Source of the DNA: an uncultured delta proteobacterium
GTDB lineage: Bacteria; Desulfobacterota; Binatia; Bin18
Length of the DNA: 14,085 nucleotides
Assembly: GCA_963733195.1 (NCBI GenBank)
Contig: CAVTCR010000067.1
Location: 1-14,085, forward strand
Direction: 5' to 3'
Shown here one piece after another: positions 1-6,903 of the stretch. The translations under genes were made by a program, and so were the position numbers. Within the stretch, counting starts at the first letter, position 1. Each line of letters begins with the position of its first letter. The notes beneath the pieces were generated by a model, which saw only the letters and a program-made list of their open reading frames with translations, did no database searches and was not told the DNA's origin.

Positions 1-41
1 GGGGCTCATGTACAGACCATGTGCAGACTCTAACCATCCCT

Positions 42-111
42 CGTTCGTCCTGCCTGTATCTGTGGCGTAGGCACAGGTGAGCGTAGCGCCGGCGAAGTCG
101 AAGGGCGGACG
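42..111. repeat. Nested palindromic REP-like element
   Basis: CGTTCGTCCT (42-51) pairs with AGGGCGGACG (102-111), 10 bp including G-U pairs. It encloses an inner CCTGT/ACAGG stem (53-57/73-77) and GAGCGTAGCG...GAAGTCGAAG. No ORF here. Confidence 0.45.
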
Positions 112-308
112 GCGCGGAGCACACGAATTTTAGACATGGGCCGAAAGAGATTCACCGGATGCAGATGTGCGCCGCAAAGCGGCCTGCGATTTCGGAATGC
201 TTATCCGACCACAGGTCTGCTGAGACCCAAGAACTAGCAGTCACTGTATTCCCTTCCGCTCGCGGACGTAGCCGTTCCTTCTGTGTTTTCATCTCCTATT
301 GTCTCGAT

Positions 309-762
309 GGTAATGTGCCAATTAATTAGTTGATGCCCCCAATCTTAGGCAAACAGGCCGAGCTCAAACCGATTGATGAACAGCCCAATTACCATCTCAT
401 ACATCTGGACAGATTTGGAAAAGCAAGTGGTCTCTCTTACCAAGCGTTTGATCCGGGTCCGGGAGGGTGAGATGTTTCCGTTCCAGCTGCTGAGTAGCCC
501 ACTTGCTGACTACATACTAGTTTGAGATCCAGGTGCCGGAGATAGGCACACCAGCCATCGGCGTAAAAACGGCGAATACCAAAAGGTTCAAGCAAGGCTT
601 TGAGCTTCAAAATTGCCTAGTCCTCACGGCGACCGAAGACACACGCCAAAAAGCAGCCCGTCTGATGATCCAACGCTCCCACAGCCGCCATGGCTGTTTC
701 TTGGTGCCGACAAATGACCACTTTTCGTCCAGTTCAACCTCTTCCACCTTGTGAATCACCAC
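309..762 (-). mobile_element. IS1-family remnant: InsB-like DDE transposase pseudogene plus right terminal IR
   Basis: The minus strand reads across frames as VEEVELDEKWSFVGTKKQPWRLW / ALDHQTGCFLACVFGRRED*AILKLKALLEPFGIRRFYADGWCAYLRHL / TQQLERKHLTL / RTRIKRLVRETTCFSKSVQMYEMVIGLFINRFELGLFA* (stop 345-347). An IS1-like end GGTAATGTGCCA lies at 309-320. There is an in-frame TAG, several frameshifts and no InsA part. Confidence 0.88.
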
Positions 763-959
763 CGCTGGAAGTGATCCCTCACCAGTAGTCCCAAGGGCAG
801 AGTTCGCCACGGGTGGGCGCTCCTCTCGGAGATTGCAGGGAGCGGTACAACCGTCACTGCTCCCCCTCATATCCGGCAGCGCTGCCCTGCGAAAGCAACA
901 CACGAGTTTCGCGTGGGACAGGGAAAGTGCGGTCTTGTTTTCGCCTTTCATATCTGACA

Positions 960-1778
960 AGGCCTGCAAGATGGTTCACACGAAAAAGCGACTGCAGCCT
1001 TGAATAAACTCCGAGATCAACCAGAAGACCTAGGCTCCCTACAAGCAAGAACTGGACAACTTCAGAAAAAGAAGGATATCTATATCTGTAAAGTCGCCTG
1101 AGATGCCGCAAGTATTCGATTTGAACCCAGGGGAGAGTTTACTCTTACCAAACTTCCTGTTTTCATAACTAAAAGGAAGCTCAACGATCTTTTTAGGTTC
1201 GATCTTTACGAGAAGTTCAAGGGCAACCTTGTATCCGATTGGTGATAGTTCAGGCGATTTTAAGAACGTTGCTCTCGGGAGGGCGAAAAAGCCACTCAAT
1301 GGGTCAGTGACGGACGTAAGAGGGCGAGCCAAGGGTCGCCACCTTCAAGTTAACCAACGATGTAACCCCCATCCTTGCTGGACGCAGCCTCCAGTCACGT
1401 ACCTGGAACCTACAACGAAGTCAGCACCCTGGTTCAGCATTTGGAACATTTCGGGTATGACTGCCGGAGGATGCGACAGATCACCGTCCATGGAGAGAAG
1501 ATAACGGCCCTTGGCCTCTTTTAGGCCGTAAATGACGGCAGTCGCAAGTCCCCTTACCCCCTTTCGAACAATGAGTCTAACGTTATACTTGAGTGCCAGT
1601 GCATTACAAATTGCCTCAGTACCGTCCTGCGAGTCATCGTCAACAAAAATAGCTCTGCAGAGATGTTTGCTGAGGCGGTCGCGCGAAAGATCCGCTCTGT
1701 AAGGGAGCAGATATTTTCTGCTTCCTTGTACGTTGGAACCACAATAGTCACGTCAGTGGCTTTTTCGGACATACGCAT
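960..1778 (-). pseudogene. Polyprenol-phosphate mannose synthase-like GT2 glycosyltransferase with a truncated C-terminal GtrA-like domain
   Basis: Fragments read VTIVVPTYKEAENI, VDDDSQDGT, RGLATAVIYGL, MDGDLSHPP, FVVGSRYVTGG, DPLSGFFAL, PIGYKVALELL, R.FGKSKL, then FLLVGSLGLLVDLGVY (GtrA-like). At least 4 frameshifts. Similarity stops abruptly near 960. Confidence 0.85.
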
Positions 1779-1829
1779 TAGTTTAGCGGACAACAGTGAA
1801 GGGATACCTGAAAATTAGCTCTAGAGGAA

Positions 1830-2020
1830 GGTTGTGTATACAAGTAATGCTGGTCTTGTGAGATTGTAGTGGCAAATGAAATACCGGATCGCACCATGTG
1901 ATTCTCCAAGTTTTCGGACAACGCCAGCGTGTAACGCACCAGTCGAGAGACTCGCTACCGCAACATATTATTGAACCGCTCGATGTGGTCGGTTTTGCGA
2001 GCAGTTTGCGCCATGTGGTG
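1830..2020 (-). mobile_element. Second IS1-family remnant (3' end of transposase and terminal IR)
   Basis: The minus strand reads ARKTDHIERFNNMLR*RVSRLVRYTLALSENLENH / GAIRYFICHYNLT, which is typical of an IS1 transposase C-terminus. It has an in-frame TAG and a degenerate end GGTTGTGTATACAAGTAATGC at 1830-1850. The sequence differs from the 309-762 copy. Confidence 0.8.
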
Positions 2021-2228
2021 TTGCGTAAAGCCCAGCGGCTGACCACCAGTGCGCATCGCCATACGCCTCCCGCCCCGGGACCGCGACCGGATCTATTTGA
2101 AGTCGATGGCCAGCTATGCCCGACGCGCGAGCCGCGCCAAAGCGGGAGGATAAAGGGATCAGAAGCCAAGGCCGTGCTCGCATTCTCCCAGGCCGATGTG
2201 GCCGAAGTGAGTAAAGAGCGGCACGAGA

Positions 2229-2338
2229 GGTTCTGTCGCAAAGTTTACGACCTATACCATATATTGAAACTCTTGAGCGAGAAAACTATACCCTTAATTG
2301 TGGATAACAGACTGTTATTATCAACTTTGCGACAGAAC
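2229..2338. mobile_element. MITE (~110 bp) with IS6-family-type terminal inverted repeats
   Basis: Perfect 16-bp IR GTTCTGTCGCAAAGTT (2230-2245) / AACTTTGCGACAGAAC (2323-2338). The left end GGTTCTGTCGCAAAGTT differs by one base from the IS257/IS1216 IR GGTTCTGTTGCAAAGTT. The interior is AT-rich with no transposase and no flanking direct repeat. Confidence 0.82.
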
Positions 2339-2837
2339 GGGGAAGGTCTCGCAGGAGCCCAGACCAGGTCGTCGGGCAAAGACCTGCAGTATAACCAGCG
2401 CTCCTGGGAAAGCGGCGGGAGTCGGCGAGACTGGCGGGTCGGGTCGCAGTAGCGAAGAGGAGCGGGACAACATAACCCGCTCGGAGCCAAGGACCCGTGG
2501 GCCGGGGTGGTCGTAACGAAGGCCTGAGGCTGGATGGTCTGAGAAACCCACCCGAACGGCAGGAGGGCCAAGGAACGACGAAGACGCTATCAAACTGGGA
2601 GGGCCGTGGGGGGTATGCAGCCCTGGGGCTTCACTCCAGCCGGACTCGCAGGCAGGGGAGGGTTGATTGCAAGACGCCACGGCTTGAAGCCGGACTGGGG
2701 AGAACTCAATGTCCGGAATTTTAGAGGGGGCGCAGGAAACGTGAACGAAGGTAGGACTAGGAACCCGCCTCATAACCGAAAGAGTGAGAGTCGGAAACTC
2801 CCTGCCTAAGGCTGCGCGCGCCTGTGCTCTACTCGAC
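2339..2837 (+). ncRNA. Group II intron, ORF-less and 5'-truncated (domains II-VI)
   Basis: DV is AAGCCGGACTGGGGAGAACTCAATGTCCGGAATT (2687-2720) with the AGC triad at 2688-2690. The DVI basal stem 2724-2736 pairs with 2821-2834 around a bulged A at 2831, and the 3' end is ...ACTCGAC (2837). The DII stem is GTCTCGC/GCGAGAC. The DIII-like segment is GCAGTAGCGAAGAGGAGCGGGACAACATAACCCGCTCGGAGCCAAGGACCC. DIV is only ~185 nt. Confidence 0.88.
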
Positions 2838-3145
2838 CCCATTCGCTTACGAATGCACGAGACTGGCATCCGTCTGTGGTGGCCAACGTCGATGCTACAC
2901 ACGACATCGTGCTCAATCGTTTTCTCTTCCGCGTTGGTACGGATGCAGGTGGTCAGACGGGGTTCGTTGATGCACTGACCGCGTACCAGTTCTGTGCCAT
3001 GTGGACTGCCGAAGGCTCGGAACCTGAATATGCCGAGTCTGCCCTTGACCGTTTGGGACCCTTCAAGTTGACGACGAGGGTGCTCGAAGACATCCGGCAG
3101 GTGCTGCAAGAGCACTTCCGCAAACAGAAACAGGCGCAACCGTAA
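2838..3145 (+). pseudogene. Probable 3' exon: C-terminal ~100 aa of an unidentified gene interrupted by the intron
   Basis: The frame is open from directly after the intron 3' end (HSLTNARDWHPSVVANVDATHDIVLNRFLFRVG...EHFRKQKQAQP*). Composition is protein-like, there is no clear RBS, and a REP follows the stop. No family recognised. Confidence 0.5.
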
Positions 3146-3176
3146 GCAGGGCTTTCGTGTCTAGCCCTCGTGAGCG

Positions 3177-3215
3177 CACCGTGGCGGGCACGGCCCGCCC
3201 TACGTGTTGTCGTGG
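3177..3215 (-). repeat. GTAG-type REP palindrome
   Basis: The reverse complement reads GTAG-GGCGGGC-CGT-GCCCGCC-ACGGTG. About 39 bp match the copy at 9666-9704 with 4 mismatches. Confidence 0.8.
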
Positions 3216-3259
3216 GTTCAGGGTAAGGGTAGCAAGAAGTGTGGAATGAGGAGCTCGCG

Positions 3260-3328
3260 GTCTAGAGTCTAACGTCTAACTTGGTGTCGTGGCAAAAATT
3301 GTAGACTGAAAGACTCTAGACTGAAGAG
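3260..3328. repeat. Inverted heptamer tandem repeats (GTCTARM units), possible terminator or stabilising hairpin
   Basis: GTCTAGA GTCTAAC GTCTAAC (3260-3280), with a perfect 11-bp IR GTCTAGAGTCT / AGACTCTAGAC (3311-3321). It lies between convergent ORFs. Confidence 0.7.
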
Positions 3329-3337
3329 CGAGCGTAG

Positions 3338-3835
3338 TTAGGCGGGGGTTTCCCAAGTGAGTTCTTGGAAGCCCTCAGCTTCTTCTTCACCGAGGAGCAA
3401 GGGTTCTGCTTTTTCGTTTCCTTCCCAGCCTTCCTCTTTTTCTTGCTCTACTGGGGCCGGGCGTGGCCGACCTCGCATTTGCATGCGGTTACGGACCTCG
3501 CGCCAGTGGAAGCTTTCCGGTGGGCTCTGGAGCCGTTGGAAACTGGCAAGTAGGAGATCTTTGCTATCGGCACGGCCAAAGCAATGATCGCCAATCCACA
3601 TCTCCCAGCCAGACCGGACACTACCATCAGGGGCGACAATATCACGCTGGACGAATACTGGGGCCGGGAGCGAGAGAGAAGGCGCAGTAGAGAGGTCAGC
3701 GTCAATTATCGGTGTAGGTTGTACTGCGATGACTTCTTTCTTCACCTCACGAACCACAGTAGCCTGTTCTCGTTGTTTGGTGTTCCGTTTAACCGAAGTT
3801 TTGGCCTTTTCCTGCGTCGCAGGACGAGCTTTCAT
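3338..3835 (-). CDS. Hypothetical protein (165 aa)
   Basis: ATG with a purine-rich RBS (AGAGAGGAAG) upstream. It fills the gap downstream of rlmI and has a basic N-terminus, a small Trp-containing core and an acidic tail. Confidence 0.7.
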   Translation of the reverse strand: MKARPATQEKAKTSVKRNTKQREQATVVREVKKEVIAVQPTPIIDADLSTAPSLSLPAPVFVQRDIVAPDGSVRSGWEMWIGDHCFGRADSKDLLLASFQRLQSPPESFHWREVRNRMQMRGRPRPAPVEQEKEEGWEGNEKAEPLLLGEEEAEGFQELTWETPA

Positions 3836-3976
3836 GGGTATCTTCCTCTCTGTATTCCTCCTGGAAGGGCCAGGAAGAAGCTAAATTGTTCCCACCCAAT
3901 GTATCCTCCCGCAAGGAAAACCCTCGCCCTTTGATCGATCAGCGGATACGCTGGGGACTCTTCGAGAAATCGAAGG

Positions 3977-4002
3977 AGACGTAGTTATGATATGGAAGTT
4001 CC
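3977..4002 (-). promoter_or_regulatory. Candidate ECF sigma-type promoter for the orphan ORF
   Basis: The minus strand reads GGAACTT CCATATCATAACTA CGTCT, i.e. GGAAC-N16-CGTC, which resembles ECF -35/-10 motifs. Motif match only. Confidence 0.25.
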
Positions 4003-4063
4003 TAAGATATTTACCACATTGGACGTGACGTAATCCGGTACAGTAACACATATGAATCGAAAT

Positions 4064-5239
4064 TCAATCCCCCACCTGCAACCATACGCCTTTTAAATAC
4101 ATCCCTTCTAAATGAGCCAGGTTTGTTGGATGATCAGGCCCAGGTCCTAAGTGTTTGAGTAACTGAACACTTCGACCAGCATCAGTGGCGGCAAACTGAA
4201 TAGTCTGCAAAAAATCGGCCGCTGATAAATGCTGTGAACAGCTGAATGAAAACAATTGCCCTCCAGGTGAAAGCAGTCGTAGTGCTTGTAAATTAATCTC
4301 CTTGTAGCCTTTCATTCCAGCCTGAAGGTCGTGACGGCGGCGAATAAATGGCGGAGGATCAAGAATAATAATGTCAAAGGACTCAGAGGCCTCACGCAGA
4401 TAGGCAAACATATCTGCCTGGACGAATTGTCCCTGGGATGTAGGAAGACCGTTCGCTTGCCAATTCTGCTGCGCGAGTTGCAAGGCGGTTGCTGAGCTAT
4501 CGACCGATGTCACCTGCGTTGCTCCATACCGCCCGGCGAAGATCCCGAACCCGCCACTGTAGGAGAACCCATTGAGGACGGTTTTTCCATGAGCAAGGGT
4601 ACCAAGGAGCGAGCGGTTTTCTCGCTGGTCAAGAAAGAATCCGGTCTTCTGACCTCCCTGCAGATGCACGACGAAACGACAACCGTATTCCTCGATCGTC
4701 ACAAGTGGTGGTGGTTCGTGTCCCCAGAGCACTCCCGCTGCGTTCGCGAGCCCTTCTTCTTTTCGCACTCCACCTTCGCTTTTTTCGTACAGCCCCTGTG
4801 GCGAGAGAAGCGAGACGAGTGCATCGACAATCAACGGTTTGAGTTGCTCAATCCCTGCCGTGAGAAATTGGCAGACGACGAACTCGCCGTATACATCGAC
4901 AACCAAACCGGGAAGAAAATCACCTTCTCCGTTCACCAAACGATAGCCGGTGGTCTGTGGAGGAAGAATGGTTTGTCGTAGGGTAAGCGCAGACGTAAGT
5001 CTGCGATGGATAAACTGAGCGTCAATCGGTTCACGCTTGCGCGTGAGTAAGCGCACGGCAATGGAGCAACGAGGATTACAATAACCAACTCCCAGCGAAT
5101 TCTGCTCTGCTGTCACAACGTGGACCAGTGAACCCGCTGTTACGTCTCCTGAGATTGAGTCGATAGCCCCAGAGAACACCCACGGATGCCCTGCGCGGAC
5201 GGGGCCTTCGCGACCACGTTTCAAGCGTACGGTGATCAT
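4064..5239 (-). CDS. rlmI: RlmI/RlmK-like class I SAM-dependent rRNA methyltransferase (23S m5C1962 type)
   Basis: PUA-like N-terminus [56 protein letters not shown] and SCS. 391 aa and intact. Overlaps the moaC stop (ATGA). Confidence 0.9.
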   Translation of the reverse strand: MITVRLKRGREGPVRAGHPWVFSGAIDSISGDVTAGSLVHVVTAEQNSLGVGYCNPRCSIAVRLLTRKREPIDAQFIHRRLTSALTLRQTILPPQTTGYRLVNGEGDFLPGLVVDVYGEFVVCQFLTAGIEQLKPLIVDALVSLLSPQGLYEKSEGGVRKEEGLANAAGVLWGHEPPPLVTIEEYGCRFVVHLQGGQKTGFFLDQRENRSLLGTLAHGKTVLNGFSYSGGFGIFAGRYGATQVTSVDSSATALQLAQQNWQANGLPTSQGQFVQADMFAYLREASESFDIIILDPPPFIRRRHDLQAGMKGYKEINLQALRLLSPGGQLFSFSCSQHLSAADFLQTIQFAATDAGRSVQLLKHLGPGPDHPTNLAHLEGMYLKGVWLQVGD

Positions 5240-5715
5240 GTTTGCTTTTGATACGTGCCGCTCTTTCCCCCGGTCTTTTTTTGTAGGCAGATGTCCGACA
5301 CGACCATGCTTTTATCTGCGGCTTTGCACATGTCATACACCGTGAGCGCAGCAATAGAGACGGCAGTCAGCGCTTCCATTTCTACTCCAGTTTTCCCTTC
5401 GACTCTGACCCGCGCCTCAATGGCAATCGTTCCGTGTTCCTCATCGGGAGCGAAGTCAATATTGACCGAGGTAATCGGGAGGGGATGGCAAAGAGGGATG
5501 AGTTCCGGAGTTTTTTTTGCCGCCATAATACCTGCGATACGGGCGACGGCCAGGACATCACCCTTCGGAATTTGCCCGGTGACGATCATACGTAAAACTT
5601 CGGGCTTCATGCGCACGGTACCGGTGGCAATCGCTTCGCGGGACGTTACTGCCTTGTCTGCAACATCGACCATCTGCGCGCGGCCTCGTGCATCGATATG
5701 ACTCAGTTTACTCAT
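5236..5715 (-). CDS. moaC: Cyclic pyranopterin monophosphate synthase MoaC
   Basis: [61 protein letters not shown]. Start reassigned to ATG 5715 (159 aa); the ORF-track extension runs through repeats. Confidence 0.96.
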   Translation of the reverse strand: MSKLSHIDARGRAQMVDVADKAVTSREAIATGTVRMKPEVLRMIVTGQIPKGDVLAVARIAGIMAAKKTPELIPLCHPLPITSVNIDFAPDEEHGTIAIEARVRVEGKTGVEMEALTAVSIAALTVYDMCKAADKSMVVSDICLQKKTGGKSGTYQKQT

Positions 5716-5757
5716 AGCAACCTCAACTCCCTTCGTGAGACGCTTGGGTGAGGGCAT

Positions 5758-5858
5758 TAAAACGTAAAGCGTGAAACGTAAAGGGAGCAATCGAGATTTT
5801 CCTACACTACTTTTCACACTCCATTTTTTCTCATACGCATTACGTGTTACGTTTTACG
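5758..5858. repeat. Inverted heptamer arrays in the divergent moaC/trxB intergenic region
   Basis: TAAAACG TAAAGCG TGAAACG TAAAGGG (5758-5785) opposite TCATACG CATTACG TGTTACG TTTTACG (5831-5858). Confidence 0.8.
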
Positions 5859-5894
5859 TTCTAGGAGATGTAGGAGAAAGGACACAAACAGGCA

Positions 5895-6850
5895 ATGGCA
5901 GAGAATGGCTCTTCTCACTTTAAAGTCATCATCCTTGGCTCAGGACCAGCGGGATTAACGGCGGCATTGTATACCGCGCGGGCGAACCTCGCACCGTTCG
6001 TTATTGAGGGGATGCGTCCAGGTGGGCAATTGACTATCACCACAGACGTCGAAAACTTTCCTGGATTTCCGCAAGGCATTATGGGTCCAGAGCTCATGGA
6101 GCGTATGAAACAGCAAGCTGAGCGGTTTGGGGCGCGATTTGAGTTTGTTGCGGTGTCTAAAGTAGACCTGAGTCGACGGCCATTTGCGATCTCTGCTGAT
6201 ACTGGGCTGTATACCGCAGACGCACTCATTATCGCGACTGGCGCAGAGTCGAAATGGCTCGGACTGGAGTCCGAACAGAAACTCATTGGCTATGGCGTGT
6301 CTTCGTGTGCGACCTGTGATGGGTTTTTCTTTCAAGACAAAGAGGTCGTGGTGGTTGGCGGTGGCGACTCAGCGTTAGAGGAAGCCAATTTTCTCTCCCG
6401 ATTTGCTACTAAAGTCACCCTCATCCATCGGCGCGACCAGTTACGGGCATCGAAGATTATGCAAGACCGGGCGCGGAAAAATGGCAAGATCCACTTTTTG
6501 TGGGATACCGTGATTGAGGAAGTATACGGTGAGCCCACCGCCGAAAAAGGTGTGACTGGTGTGCGACTCAGAAACCTTAAAACTAACGACGTTAGTGATT
6601 TCCCCTGCGACGGAGTATTCGTCGCCATAGGTCATATCCCCAATACCTCCATCTTTCTCGGACAACTCGACACAGATGAGGTTGGTTATCTCCTGACCAT
6701 GTCTGGATCAACAACGACTAAAATTCCTGGGGTATTCGCGTGTGGAGATGCCGTGGATAAGGTATATCGCCAGGCTATTACCGCTGGCCGGCACCGGCTG
6801 TATGGCGGCAATGGATGCCGAGCGGTTCTTAAGAACACCAGAGAAAATGA
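5895..6850 (+). CDS. trxB: Thioredoxin-disulfide reductase (apparent frameshifts near the 3' end)
   Basis: [21 protein letters not shown], redox [18 protein letters not shown] and GVFACGD. YRQAITA continues as [15 protein letters not shown] after an extra G at 6786-6787. The probable stop is TGA 6848-6850 after a second indel (~317 aa). The 411-aa ORF tail is spurious. Confidence 0.93.
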
Positions 6851-6851
6851 A

Positions 6852-6902
6852 CCTTACGGCTTATGTATCCACCATATTACGTATCTCGCGTTACGTTTTG
6901 CG
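6852..6902. repeat. Degenerate heptamer repeats between convergent trxB and the aldo/keto reductase
   Basis: CCTTACG GCTTATG ... TATTACG TATCTCG CGTTACG TTTTGCG, the same NNTTACG family as 5831-5858. Confidence 0.6.
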
Positions 6903-6903
6903 C

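Noticed and set aside
152-292. 46-codon minus-strand ORF (MKTQKERLRPR...)
   Set aside because: AGGAG abuts the ATG with no spacing and there is no recognisable motif.
829-875. Second group II intron DVI-like hairpin on the minus strand (GAGGGGGAGC...GCTCCC)
   Set aside because: There is no upstream DV with a catalytic triad and no bulged A or AY end.
607-969. 120-aa ORF as a real gene
   Set aside because: It is a chimera of unassigned DNA and a short in-frame stretch of the IS1 pseudogene.
2049-2053. GTGCG as the 5' end of the group II intron
   Set aside because: It matches the GUGYG consensus, but the following 180 nt show no domain I features I can recognise and are too short. A 5-mer is expected by chance.
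2321-3139. 272-aa minus-strand ORF, and plus ORFs 1898-2452, 2497-2724 and 2606-2809, as an intron-encoded protein
   Set aside because: No RT motifs (no YADD). They are antisense or chimeric readings across the IS, MITE and intron RNA.
5758-5858. CRISPR array, here and at the other repeat clusters
   Set aside because: Units are 7 bp and tandem with no unique spacers, and there are no cas genes.
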